NCBI GenBank assembly: GCA_027619975.1
Contig: JAQCGX010000009.1
Location: 5,813-69,812 of the forward strand
Direction of reading: 5' to 3'
Length of the DNA: 64,000 bases
DNA from: Nitrospinota bacterium
Lineage (GTDB): Bacteria; Nitrospinota; Nitrospinia; Nitrospinales; VA-1
In this document: one piece after another, positions 1 through 9,758 of the stretch
How the letters are laid out: each line of letters starts with the position of its first letter
How positions within the stretch are numbered: position 1 is the stretch's first letter
Program-made: the position numbers and the translations under genes
Notes under the pieces: generated by a model
The model's input: the letters and a program-made list of their open reading frames with translations, nothing else
Database searches by the model: none
Told to the model about the DNA's origin: nothing

Positions 1-1
1 A

Positions 2-1180
2 CCAGAGCTATACGAAGCCCAACAAAATTTCAAAAATGGAGATTTCAAAGAAGCCGCATCCAATTACCACAGTTTTATTGAAGGCCAACAACCCCAAGCG
101 CCGCTGACTGAACCTCTCGCTCGCGCCTACAATGGACTGGGATGGAGTCAGTTTCAAAAAGGCCAGTACGAACAAGCCCTGGAAAAGTTTAAAAAATCCC
201 GCAAGCACGTCATTTATGAAACGGATGCCATTAAAGGCATCGGTTTTTCAAATTATCATCTGGGTAGATACACCGACGCTTCCTATTTCTTGAAAATAGC
301 CCATGCCGTCTATCCCGAGCAAAAGCAGATCTCCTATAAACTCGACTGGAGCGTGATGCGAAGTTGGGAAAATACCCGAGCGCGGCAATATTATAACCGC
401 GAGTTACAAAAAGATCCTTTGCGGCCCTCGTTATACATGGGGTTGGGATGGCTTCACCTCAAGCAAGACAAACCAGACCTGGCAGTGGAACATTTTTTAA
501 AATCAATCTCCCTGGACCCGGATTCGGCTATTTCGGAAGAGTTTTTCAAATTTCTTGGAAGTCAGCGGTTCGGTTGGCAGGTATATAACCGTCTGGGATG
601 GGCTTTTTATCAACAGGGAGAATTTGAAAAATCCAAGCAAATGTTCCAGACATCTTTGAAAGAGCAACCGCATAAATCGGATTCACACAAGGGGATGGGC
701 TATAGCCTGTTTAGATTGCGAGATTATAAGGCCGCCATCAACTATTTAGAGCAATCCTTGTCAATTAACAGCAAACCCGACCCGATCACTGAGACCATCA
801 GCGATGAAACCGGCAAGCGTCCTTTTAAAACCCAAACCACCGCAAGGACCCGATTGGCACGGGCCTATTTTAACCTGGAGAATTATGCGGAGGCCATACG
901 GCACTATCAACAGTCTTTGCGTCATCACCCGGATCAAGCCGATGCTTATGACGGATTGGGTTGGGTTTATCTGCAGTTGCATCGACTGAACGAGTCCCGA
1001 GCGGCCTTCACCCAGGCTGTGAAATTACAACCCATGAATAGCCAGTCGCATCGAGGGTTGCGGGAAGTTAAACAACTGCAGGCAACCCGGAATATTCGCC
1101 TGAAAAAGCCTGATTTTCTCAAAATTTCTGCAAATAACACCCTGCCCAAAGTGAGTCCAAAATTTCTAAATAACGAGTAA
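2..1180 (+). CDS. TPR repeat protein, 5' end outside window
   Basis: Frame 2 is open from the window edge (PELYEAQQNFKNGDFKEAASNY...) and runs into the 296-aa ORF. It has recurring TPR-like motifs: GLGWSQF, GLGWLHL, RLGWAFY, GMGYSLF, GLGWVYL. Confidence 0.8.
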   Translation, partial: PELYEAQQNFKNGDFKEAASNYHSFIEGQQPQAPLTEPLARAYNGLGWSQFQKGQYEQALEKFKKSRKHVIYETDAIKGIGFSNYHLGRYTDASYFLKIAHAVYPEQKQISYKLDWSVMRSWENTRARQYYNRELQKDPLRPSLYMGLGWLHLKQDKPDLAVEHFLKSISLDPDSAISEEFFKFLGSQRFGWQVYNRLGWAFYQQGEFEKSKQMFQTSLKEQPHKSDSHKGMGYSLFRLRDYKAAINYLEQSLSINSKPDPITETISDETGKRPFKTQTTARTRLARAYFNLENYAEAIRHYQQSLRHHPDQADAYDGLGWVYLQLHRLNESRAAFTQAVKLQPMNSQSHRGLREVKQLQATRNIRLKKPDFLKISANNTLPKVSPKFLNNE

Positions 1181-1331
1181 TATGAATAAAATCAAAACTT
1201 TTTCTTTGACACCCTTCCCAAAGATGGTAAAATTATTCTTAAACCTACATTAAAACAAGCTTGTAGCTTTTCGAATATTGCGCTTTAGGGGGGGGAGGGG
1301 GTTCCTTTCTCTTTTCACAGCCGAGTGGAAG

Positions 1332-1363
1332 TCATGGAGTTGAAGTTTGCTTCAACTCCATGA
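1332..1363. terminator. perfect 14-bp hairpin between convergent genes (possible bidirectional terminator, no U-tract)
   Basis: tcatggagttgaag-tttg-cttcaactccatga lies between the TPR stop (1180) and the acs stop (1423). Confidence 0.3.
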
Positions 1364-1422
1364 TCCTGCAGTGATTACCAGCAAATATTTCCGTCCTGTG
1401 GCTTCCTGTCAGTTTTTTTTGA

Positions 1423-3417
1423 TCATCCAGTCTTTCCATCCTGTTTTAACTTTTGATACGAACTTTTCAATTCCTCAACCACCGAAGGGTCCGCCAAAGT
1501 AGAAACATCGCCCAATTGGTCAGCTTCGTCGGCGGCGATTTTGCGCAGGATGCGACGCATAATTTTTCCGGAACGCGTTTTAGGTAACGCCTGCGCCCAC
1601 TGAATCACATCCGGTGCGGCAATGGGACCGATCTCCTTGCGCACAAAATTTTTGAGTTCCTTTCCAAGTGCATCGTTGTACGCCACCCCATCCATCAACG
1701 AAACATAGGCATAGATGCCCTGCCCTTTGATCTCATGAGGGAAGCCAACCACTGCGGCCTCGGAAACTGCCTTGTGAAGAACCAGTGCCGATTCCACTTC
1801 GGCGGTCCCGATACGATGACCGGACACATTGATCACATCGTCTACACGGCCCGTGATCCAGTAATATCCGTCTTCATCACGCCGACACCCATCGCCAGTA
1901 AAATAATACCCTGGGTAGAGTTTGAAATAAGTTTCTTCAAAGCGATCATGATCTCCATAAATAGTCCGGGCCTGTCCCGGCCAGGGCTCTGAAAGGGCCA
2001 GCACGCCGGAAACGCCGTTGCCCTCTGCCACCTTTCCGGTTTCAGAATTTATAACGGTTGGTTTGACTCCAAAAAATGGAAACGTCGCCGAACCGGGTTT
2101 CAAGGGCGTGCATCCCGGAAGCGGGGTGATTAGAATTCCGCCCGTTTCCGTTTGCCACCAGGTATCGACAATGGGGCATTTTCCGCGCCCGATATTCTTG
2201 TGATACCACCGCCAGGCCTCCGGGTTGATAGGTTCCCCGACCGAACCTAGAATTTTTAACGATGAAAGATCGTAGCGCCCCGGAATTTCTTCGCCATGAG
2301 CCATTAAAGCGCGGATTGCCGTAGGCGCCGTATAGAACTGGGTGACCTTGTATTTGTCCACCACCTCCCAGAAGCGTCCTGCATCGGGATAGGTGGGAAC
2401 GCCTTCAAACATGATCGTCTGAGCCCCATTGGCCAGGGGTCCGTAAATAATATAAGAATGGCCGGTGACCCAACCGATGTCAGCCGTGCACCACCAGACA
2501 TCGCCGTCATGGTAATCAAAAATATATTTATGGGTCAACGCCGTAAAAATCATGTAGCCGCCGACATTATGCTGAACCCCTTTGGGTTTACCCGTAGACC
2601 CTGAGGTATAAAGAAGAAACAACGGATCTTCCGCATCCATCGGTTCGGCGGCGCAAACCGGGGACGCTTCCTGCATCTCGTCATGCCACCAGAAATCCCG
2701 CCCCGGTTTCATCGTGACCGGAATCTCGGAACCGACACGTTCGACGACGATGCATTTAGTAACTTCTATGCCTTTTTGACGGGAAATTTCCATGGCCTCG
2801 TCGGCGTTGGATTTTAGTGGAACGGGTTTGGTCCCGCGAAAGGCTCCGTCGGTTGTTACCAGCAATGCTGATGATGAGTCATGAATTCTTTCACCTAGAG
2901 CCGTCGCCGAGAAACCGCCAAAAACGATGGAATGGACCGCTCCTATCCGGGCGCATGCCAGCATGGCCACCGCCAGTTCCACCACCATCGGCATGTAAAT
3001 GGTGACGCGATCGCCCTTTTTAACTCCGTGCTTTTTGAGCACATTGGCAAATTTACATACCTTCGCGTGCAGTTCTCTATAAGTAAGCGTCTTATCCGTC
3101 CCCGGCTCGTTACCCTCCCATAAGATCGCCGGTTGGTTGCCCTTTTTCTCCAGATGCCGGTCCAGGCAGTTCATAGTGATGTTGGTTTTCCCACCTTTAA
3201 ACCACTCGATGGATATCGGGCCATTTTTTACGTTGTAATTATAATTTCGGACTTGATCCCACTTTTTAAACCAAAAGAATTTTTCCGCCTCTTCAGCCCA
3301 GAACGCGTCAGGGTCATCAATAGACCGTTGATACATTTCCTTATATTGATCCATATTCTGAAAAAAAGCCGCATCGCTGACGGCTTTTGAAGGGGTATAA
3401 ATTTCATTCTCGCTCAT
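1423..3417 (-). CDS. acs: acetyl-CoA synthetase (AMP-forming)
   Basis: 664 aa with the AMP-binding signature [11 protein letters not shown] and C-terminal RSGKIMRR. Length and layout are typical of Acs. Confidence 0.95.
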   Translation of the reverse strand: MSENEIYTPSKAVSDAAFFQNMDQYKEMYQRSIDDPDAFWAEEAEKFFWFKKWDQVRNYNYNVKNGPISIEWFKGGKTNITMNCLDRHLEKKGNQPAILWEGNEPGTDKTLTYRELHAKVCKFANVLKKHGVKKGDRVTIYMPMVVELAVAMLACARIGAVHSIVFGGFSATALGERIHDSSSALLVTTDGAFRGTKPVPLKSNADEAMEISRQKGIEVTKCIVVERVGSEIPVTMKPGRDFWWHDEMQEASPVCAAEPMDAEDPLFLLYTSGSTGKPKGVQHNVGGYMIFTALTHKYIFDYHDGDVWWCTADIGWVTGHSYIIYGPLANGAQTIMFEGVPTYPDAGRFWEVVDKYKVTQFYTAPTAIRALMAHGEEIPGRYDLSSLKILGSVGEPINPEAWRWYHKNIGRGKCPIVDTWWQTETGGILITPLPGCTPLKPGSATFPFFGVKPTVINSETGKVAEGNGVSGVLALSEPWPGQARTIYGDHDRFEETYFKLYPGYYFTGDGCRRDEDGYYWITGRVDDVINVSGHRIGTAEVESALVLHKAVSEAAVVGFPHEIKGQGIYAYVSLMDGVAYNDALGKELKNFVRKEIGPIAAPDVIQWAQALPKTRSGKIMRRILRKIAADEADQLGDVSTLADPSVVEELKSSYQKLKQDGKTG

Positions 3418-3456
3418 TCCAGGGTCTCCCTAGATAGTAACGGTTATTATTGATTA

Positions 3457-3882
3457 TCATCCAATGGTACGAACCGCCCGGGCCGCTTCGGCCAGAGTCC
3501 ATAACCCATCCGGTTGCGTGTACTCTCCATCCCGTATGTTTAAAACCCAGGTGCGCATCCGCCCCGGGACCTGGTCGGCAATCATGGAAAACCCGCCGCC
3601 AGGGGCAAAACATTCATTAATATGAATGTCCTTGTCAAACCTGTCTTTTATGGCCCAGTCCTTGTCGTAAATGGTAGCAAGCTCATCTCGTGTGGGCAGT
3701 CGCCAGTTTTCATACCCGGCGAATTTTTTTTCGTTGAGTTCCCTGGCGTAATCGGCGCTATCCTGATAATTGATCCATTTTTTCAGATCATTCATGGAGT
3801 CCGTTTTTTTCCACATGAGGTTTTTTTCGGTATCTGTGACTGTGCCATCGCCATTATCAATGAATCGCTTGTTATTGCTCAC
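3457..3882 (-). CDS. DUF1566 (Lcl C-terminal domain) protein
   Basis: 141 aa with the GTVTDTEKNLMWKK ... YENWRLPTRDELATIY pattern characteristic of DUF1566. Confidence 0.6.
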   Translation of the reverse strand: MSNNKRFIDNGDGTVTDTEKNLMWKKTDSMNDLKKWINYQDSADYARELNEKKFAGYENWRLPTRDELATIYDKDWAIKDRFDKDIHINECFAPGGGFSMIADQVPGRMRTWVLNIRDGEYTQPDGLWTLAEAARAVRTIG

Positions 3883-4101
3883 GGAACCTCTTAAATTTTC
3901 AATTTAAATCAATGAAGTTTAATAAAATTGAATGAAATTACCATTTTTCGCTGAGATTTACAAAACTAGATGGACTGCCAGAGGTTATGAAATATTTACG
4001 TTAACCTGAGCGGATGTTGTAATATGAATGAATTATAAGAGAATACAGGGTGCCACCCAAAATCTTTCATCGGATTCCCGTTTTCAAGCCATCTAATCAC
4101 A

Positions 4102-4506
4102 ATGAACTCCTCAAGTACGCCATCCGCAAAAATCTTACTGACCCATTTTCGCTGGACGGTCGATCGGTTTGAAGAAATTCTCAAAAACGAAAAATCCGAC
4201 TATTACCGGGACGCCGCCCTGCAACGCTTCACCTTTACCTGTGATATAGCCCTGAAGTTCATTCGCTCACTGGCCGCCGAACAGGGAACTCCCTGCGAGT
4301 CCTTCCAGCAATGCCTCCAATGGGCCGCGGAAAACCAATGGCTGGCAGAAGATGCGCCCTGGGAAGAGATGGAGACGTCCTTCAATCATGCCTCCCGGAA
4401 ACTTAAAGGGGAGGCAGCCGACCTTGAATACGAAAAGCTGGCGGCATATTGTTTGCTGATGAAGCACCTGTGCGACAAGTTAACCGGAGTTGCCGATAAA
4501 AATTAG
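4102..4506 (+). CDS. HI0074-family nucleotidyltransferase substrate-binding (HEPN-like) protein, orphan
   Basis: 134 aa. YYRDAALQRFTFTCDIALKFIRSL matches the rD..iqRFEft.E..WK core of the family. No MNT partner ORF is adjacent. Confidence 0.6.
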   Translation: MNSSSTPSAKILLTHFRWTVDRFEEILKNEKSDYYRDAALQRFTFTCDIALKFIRSLAAEQGTPCESFQQCLQWAAENQWLAEDAPWEEMETSFNHASRKLKGEAADLEYEKLAAYCLLMKHLCDKLTGVADKN

Positions 4507-4508
4507 CG

Positions 4509-5069
4509 TCAACCCATCATTTTCTTCAAATTTTCAAAAGCTCTTTTCCTGTGGGAAATGGCGTTTTTTTCGGTGGCCGGCATTTCTGCGTAGGTGAGAG
4601 CGTGACCCCCGGGAATGAAAAGCACGTCCCAGCCAAAACCACTGGTTCCGCTCAATTGTGGCGCTATCCTCCCCCGGACCTCGCCCTTGGCGATTTTGAT
4701 GTTTTCACCATCATGGAAGCCGACATAGCACAACGCAAATGCTTCCCTGTTATCAAACGGTTCGAGCATTTTGAGCATCCCCTCACAGCCCACGGTCAAT
4801 TCGAACCATTTTACCAGCGCTCCAGGCAATCCGTTCCAGGCCGAAAATATCAGGCCAGAATCTTCCACCAAAACAGGCCCCTTGACAATCTCGTACGCCT
4901 GGCTCAATTTATGGCGAACAATTGCTTCGGGGTCATGGGTCTGAAGTTCATATAAATCAGGGATATCAACCTGTTGCAGAGATACTCCCAGGATTTCCCC
5001 GGCTTCGCGGACTTTATTAATATTGCCAGTTACAAATTTAATATTTTCAAAAATAGATTGCGAGTTCAT
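4509..5069 (-). CDS. rdgB: non-canonical purine NTP pyrophosphatase (Ham1/RdgB family)
   Basis: 186 aa with the motifs FVTGNINKVREA, VEDSGL, LPGALVKW, FGWDVLF and SHRKRAF. Confidence 0.9.
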   Translation of the reverse strand: MNSQSIFENIKFVTGNINKVREAGEILGVSLQQVDIPDLYELQTHDPEAIVRHKLSQAYEIVKGPVLVEDSGLIFSAWNGLPGALVKWFELTVGCEGMLKMLEPFDNREAFALCYVGFHDGENIKIAKGEVRGRIAPQLSGTSGFGWDVLFIPGGHALTYAEMPATEKNAISHRKRAFENLKKMMG

Positions 5070-5153
5070 AGATTACCTTAGACTTCCTCAGGACTGCCCT
5101 TGCACGTGTCATGGGACTGTGATATAAATCTGGACCTTTCAAATCAATAAATT

Positions 5154-5951
5154 ATGGTTATCAACTTCATGCCCCAGTTTAACATTTCGCGGTTGTTTAT
5201 TTCATTATTCCTGCTCATTTTCACAGCTTCCTGTTCCCAGCATTTTGAAAATAATCTGGATTTCCAGGCCAAAAAGGCCTTGCAGGACCTTATGGTAATT
5301 CAGGAATCCTTCTATGCAGAAAATCAACGCTACGCCCACAATCTGGTTGAGATAGAAAAATATAATTTAAAATACCATAATGGCCTCGTTTATCTTGAAA
5401 TTGAATCGGCAGGTAAGGACCAGTACCGGGCGATCTCACTTCCCGCTGAATCCACTACCGCTCGGGTTTTTGCCTTCGATACCAGTAAGGGGGGCTTCTA
5501 TGAAATGGACGAAATTGAAGTGTCTCAATATGTTTTGGGCGCTTTAAAACATATTCGAAAAGAGCAGTCAGACAAAAGCATCAGCGCCAATGCTTTCTAC
5601 CTTTTGCTTGCCACATTATTCGTTTTAGGCGTTCGCTTGCAAGCCCGCTTTAAGGAATCAAAAAACCAGCCGGTCTTCGCGGCGTTCTACCTGAGCCTGA
5701 TCCCGCTCACCTGGTCATTTTCTGTTTTAAACTATATGTCGAAGGATATTGTCTTCAGCAGTTCTTTAAGCGGAGTCTCAGTCGCGGCTTTTGCCATTGC
5801 TGTTTTGATACTAGTGATCGACGGATGGTGGTTCAAACGGCAAAATATATACGACACATCTGCTTCCCTGTTTAGTTTACTGGCAATGACCTTGATCATT
5901 GCTCTTTTCAGCGGCGGCGTGATGATACATACGTTTCTGGGGTATTCCTGA
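5154..5951 (+). CDS. hypothetical membrane lipoprotein
   Basis: 265 aa with an N-terminal hydrophobic segment ending LIFTASC (lipobox-like). A soluble domain is followed by about 4 predicted TM helices. I recognise no family. Confidence 0.5.
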   Translation: MVINFMPQFNISRLFISLFLLIFTASCSQHFENNLDFQAKKALQDLMVIQESFYAENQRYAHNLVEIEKYNLKYHNGLVYLEIESAGKDQYRAISLPAESTTARVFAFDTSKGGFYEMDEIEVSQYVLGALKHIRKEQSDKSISANAFYLLLATLFVLGVRLQARFKESKNQPVFAAFYLSLIPLTWSFSVLNYMSKDIVFSSSLSGVSVAAFAIAVLILVIDGWWFKRQNIYDTSASLFSLLAMTLIIALFSGGVMIHTFLGYS

Positions 5952-5975
5952 ACTCTAGGCGGGGCGGGACATTTT

Positions 5976-6842
5976 TCAAGCGAAATGAATTGTTACCACA
6001 TGGCTTGAGGAACTTTTGCTTTTCTCATTGGGTTTAGATTTCAGAACAAAATTTTGTCCTTGTTTTATGTTACGCGGTAACACAAACTTTATGGGACCGA
6101 AAACAGAATCCAAGGTCTGCACTTTAGACGATTTAACATTTTCGCGAGGAATATGGAGTTCATAATAGAACCTCGTTTCGTCGGCATTGATGTTTTGTGA
6201 ATTGACCACCTCAATATTCAAAAGAAGGTCTCCCCGTTTTTTTCCAAACAGGCTGGACTCTCCTTTTTCAGGTATGCGTAATGTCATTCGGTTCCAGGTG
6301 CCGGAAGGAATCGTTATCTGAAAGGTTTCTTTTCCTTTACGCATCCGAATGACCCCGCCTTGAGCCGCGGTGTGGGGATGGACCCGAATATTTTTTCGAA
6401 TATCCAGTAAGAAAATTTTTCTATCATATTTTGTTAAGTTTTTCTGAAACTTCTGGACCCACTTGTTCCACAGGTTCCTTTTTCCCCGGGTCTCGACTAA
6501 CCCATCCAATGGACGGACCGGACTACTTTCAATGAAAGGGGATTTATCCAGGCTTGGGGCTTTGGCATCAATAAACGATGGGCTAAAACGAGTAGCAGGG
6601 GAAACCTGGGCATCTTTTTCCTGATGGCTCTCCTGATACTTATAATGTTTTTCCAGGACCTTGAAAGCACTGATGACTTCTTTCAGTTTGTTTTCATAGA
6701 TAAGGTTATTGGGATGCCGATCAGGGTGATACTGTTTAACCAACAAGTGATAGGATTTCCTGACAGCATCCCATTTCTCACGGGGAGATATATTTAAAAC
6801 CCTGAAACACTGCGAGAGTTCCATTGTGGTAAGATAGTTCAT
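5976..6842 (-). CDS. J-domain protein with DnaJ-like C-terminal domain (no zinc finger)
   Basis: 288 aa with an N-terminal J domain (KSYHLLVKQYHPDRHP). The C-terminal half resembles DnaJ/CbpA CTD beta-domains. Confidence 0.75.
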   Translation of the reverse strand: MNYLTTMELSQCFRVLNISPREKWDAVRKSYHLLVKQYHPDRHPNNLIYENKLKEVISAFKVLEKHYKYQESHQEKDAQVSPATRFSPSFIDAKAPSLDKSPFIESSPVRPLDGLVETRGKRNLWNKWVQKFQKNLTKYDRKIFLLDIRKNIRVHPHTAAQGGVIRMRKGKETFQITIPSGTWNRMTLRIPEKGESSLFGKKRGDLLLNIEVVNSQNINADETRFYYELHIPRENVKSSKVQTLDSVFGPIKFVLPRNIKQGQNFVLKSKPNEKSKSSSSHVVTIHFA

Positions 6843-7134
6843 CAGCTCATCCGGAAAACAAGTTTGCGGGTTTTCTTCTTTTGCTTAAAAAAAATACTGA
6901 CTGGCTGGAATTTGTTTATTTGGTTTGATCTGAAAACTACTTGGTGGAAAAAACAAACTTTGGTTTTATCGCAAAAGATTGTCGCGGGCCGCGGATACAG
7001 AAGGAGGGTGGGAATCAAGAAATTTCACCTGTCGGCCTCCTCCAAGAACCTAACGGTTTTATATCCCGAATCGCCCCGCATGGGAACAATCAAAAATTTC
7101 AACCGAATACTACTCCCTTTAATTTGCAATTGAA

Positions 7135-8169
7135 ATGGAAAATTTACTAGGCACTACAGAAAAAAAATTAACTGACTATTTTGTTCAATGGGATGTGAAG
7201 CCTTACCGCGTGCATCAGGTTTTTACCTGGATTTATCATCGTGGAGTGAGAGACTTTGATCTCATGACCAATCTCTCCAAGTCTCTGCGCCAGCTTTTGA
7301 GTGAAAAGTTTTATATTTCCCTGCCTCGCATTCTTAAAAAACTTTCATCCGTGGACGGGACCATAAAATATTTATTTGAACTGGAGGATGGATCCACCAT
7401 AGAAAGCGTTTGGATGCCTTCAGAGCAGAGAAAGACATTGTGTATCTCCACACAGGTTGGGTGCCGATTGGCATGTACCTTTTGCAAAACAGGGACACTT
7501 GGGTTAAAACGTAACCTGACCGCCGATGAGATTATCGGGCAGTTCATAAAAGTAAACGAAGACCTTCCAGAAAAGGACAGGATCACCAACGTGGTCATCA
7601 TGGGAATGGGAGAGCCACTTGATAATTATCAGCCGGTGGTGGATGCGTTGCGGTTGATGGTGTCTCCGCAGGCTCTGAAAATTTCTACGCGGAAAATCAC
7701 TCTTTCGACATCAGGATTGGTCGATAAGATAAGAAATTTCCAGGAAGAAAACATCCATGTGAATCTGGCCATTTCATTGAACGCAACCCTTGATGAAGTG
7801 CGGGATAAAATCATGCCCATCAACAAGAAATATCCCATTGAAGTTTTAATGGACACTCTCAGGAGTTATCCCTTAAAACCCACCCGGATGATTACATTTG
7901 AATATGTTCTCCTGGCTGGTATCAACGATACGGATGAAGATGCGAAGCGCCTGGCCCGGTTACTGAAAGGCATTCCCAGTAAAATTAATCTGATTCCATT
8001 CAACCACTATGAATCCAGTGACTATTATCCGCCGTCTGAGGACAGGATTGCATCGTTCCAGAATTATTTACTATCCAAAAATTATTCGGTTTTTGTTCGA
8101 AAAAACCGCGGAACTGATATTATGGGAGCCTGCGGACAACTTGCCGCCCAAGCTGTGTCCTACGTATAA
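7135..8169 (+). CDS. rlmN: 23S rRNA (adenine2503-C2)/tRNA methyltransferase, radical SAM
   Basis: 344 aa with the radical-SAM cluster CRLACTFC, plus GMGEPLDN and a C-terminal GACGQL motif. Confidence 0.92.
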   Translation: MENLLGTTEKKLTDYFVQWDVKPYRVHQVFTWIYHRGVRDFDLMTNLSKSLRQLLSEKFYISLPRILKKLSSVDGTIKYLFELEDGSTIESVWMPSEQRKTLCISTQVGCRLACTFCKTGTLGLKRNLTADEIIGQFIKVNEDLPEKDRITNVVIMGMGEPLDNYQPVVDALRLMVSPQALKISTRKITLSTSGLVDKIRNFQEENIHVNLAISLNATLDEVRDKIMPINKKYPIEVLMDTLRSYPLKPTRMITFEYVLLAGINDTDEDAKRLARLLKGIPSKINLIPFNHYESSDYYPPSEDRIASFQNYLLSKNYSVFVRKNRGTDIMGACGQLAAQAVSYV

Positions 8170-8199
8170 TTCTTTTAAACCCATTCAATTTTTATTCAG

Positions 8200-8934
8200 A
8201 TGAGCCAACCCCAGCCTGATGCAAGCCTCGATCTTTCGGTGGTCATTCCCATTTACAATGAACGGGAAAATTTAGTAGCCCTGGAAGAAAGGTTAAACGA
8301 AACCCTTCAAAAACTCGATTTCAATTATGAGGTCGTATTTGTAGATGATGGCAGTCTGGACGGCAGTGATGAATTGATCCGCACTCTTCAGAAACACAAT
8401 CCACATTTGCGATTGATCCGGTTTGCAAAGAATTTTGGCCAGTCAGCCGCATTTGTGGCTGGGTTTCGAACCTCTCGCGGTCGAATCATTGTCACGATGG
8501 ATGCTGATCTTCAAAATGATCCAGCGGATATTCCTGCTCTTTTGGAAAAAATCAAGGAATTTGATGTGGTCTGTGGCTGGCGGCACAAACGCAATGATCC
8601 CTGGATAAAAAAAATATCCTCTAAAGTCGCTAATGCAGTGCGCAACCAATTGAGTGACGAAACCATTGCCGACACCGGCTGTTCTCTCAAGGCATTTCGC
8701 AGGGAATGTTTTGATAATATTATTTTGTTTAACGGGATGCATCGCTTCTTCCCGACCCTGATTAAAATGGAAGGCTTCAGTGTCACTCAGGTCAAGGTCA
8801 GCCATCATCCCAGACTTCACGGCAAATCCAAATACAACATCCGCAATCGGCTATGGTCTTCACTGAAGGATCTCTTTGGGGTCCGCTGGTTGAAAAAAAG
8901 GAGATTGAATTACTATGTCATTGAGGAGGAATAG
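8200..8934 (+). CDS. family 2 glycosyltransferase (polyprenyl-phosphate sugar transferase type)
   Basis: 244 aa with LSVVIPIYNE, VFVDDGSLDGS and MDADLQNDP motifs (GT2, ArnC/DPM1-like). Confidence 0.85.
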   Translation: MSQPQPDASLDLSVVIPIYNERENLVALEERLNETLQKLDFNYEVVFVDDGSLDGSDELIRTLQKHNPHLRLIRFAKNFGQSAAFVAGFRTSRGRIIVTMDADLQNDPADIPALLEKIKEFDVVCGWRHKRNDPWIKKISSKVANAVRNQLSDETIADTGCSLKAFRRECFDNIILFNGMHRFFPTLIKMEGFSVTQVKVSHHPRLHGKSKYNIRNRLWSSLKDLFGVRWLKKRRLNYYVIEEE

Positions 8935-9225
8935 ATGACCGCAACTTATTGGCTCGTAGTCGGTTTTATAGGGCAAGCGCTTTTTGCCATGCGGTTTATC
9001 ATCCAATGGATAATTTCAGAAAAGCATGGAGAAAGCATAATCCCCCTGCCCTTCTGGTATTTCAGCATTGGCGGCAGTATCATATTGCTGACCTACTCCA
9101 TACACAAACAGGACCCCGTATTTATTCTCGGGCAGAGTTTGGGATCTGTTATCTATATCCGCAATCTCATTCTGATTTCCCGCAAGAAAAAGGCAATGGC
9201 AAACGCCGAAATCCAAAATGGATAA
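8935..9225 (+). CDS. lipid-A-disaccharide synthase N-terminal domain (LAB_N) membrane protein
   Basis: 96 aa with GFIGQALFAMRFIIQWIISEK ... FWYFSIGGSIILLTY ... YIRNL. The ATG directly follows the GT2 stop. Confidence 0.75.
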   Translation: MTATYWLVVGFIGQALFAMRFIIQWIISEKHGESIIPLPFWYFSIGGSIILLTYSIHKQDPVFILGQSLGSVIYIRNLILISRKKKAMANAEIQNG

Positions 9226-9433
9226 GTTGACCATCCGCATCGTAGGCCTGGCAAGCTTGATATTGGGTGGAGTTTTATTTGTCTTTTCGGTGAAAAGCAT
9301 CGCCGCCGAATGGCCGCAAATATTTGTGGGGCTACTTTCCGTATTATTTTCGGCCATGGGATTTGGGCTTCTTATCATGCCCCTCGACTCTCTGGACAAA
9401 AACAGTCCCGGAGATGACTCGAATACCGGTTAA
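9218..9433 (+). CDS. small hypothetical membrane protein
   Basis: 71 aa with two hydrophobic helices. It overlaps the upstream stop by 8 nt, suggesting an operon. Confidence 0.4.
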   Translation: MDKLTIRIVGLASLILGGVLFVFSVKSIAAEWPQIFVGLLSVLFSAMGFGLLIMPLDSLDKNSPGDDSNTG

Positions 9434-9758
9434 TCCAATTGCAGGCTCGTACTTTTTTCAGACGGTAAGGCCCTGTAATTTCCGTAAACTAACCAATTTC
9501 ATTAGACTTTAATTTCTTGACTTTACAAAAACCCTATGATATTTCTCTACCCTATTTTAATGTGTCCGGTATTTTTTGGGTAAGATTTAAGGGTTTAATT
9601 TTCAATGAGTTACCCTTATTTCATGAACAGAAAAAAACACCATTCGGAGAATAAGGCCTCACAATCAGGGGGTCGAAGTTACCAAATTTTTCTCTGAAAT
9701 ACGTATTGATTTATAACGTGTCAAATTTTCCAATCATCTGGCGTTAGAGGGAGCCCTG

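Noticed and set aside
1288-1301. G-run (GGGGGGGGAGGGGG) as a G-quadruplex or regulatory element
   Set aside because: It is a single short tract with no further G-runs at suitable spacing, and it sits in a convergent intergenic region. Nothing supports a function.
6864-7150. 89-aa and 69-aa plus-strand ORFs upstream of rlmN
   Set aside because: The two ORFs overlap each other in different frames within the divergent promoter region. They have alternative starts and no motifs, so they are most likely non-coding.
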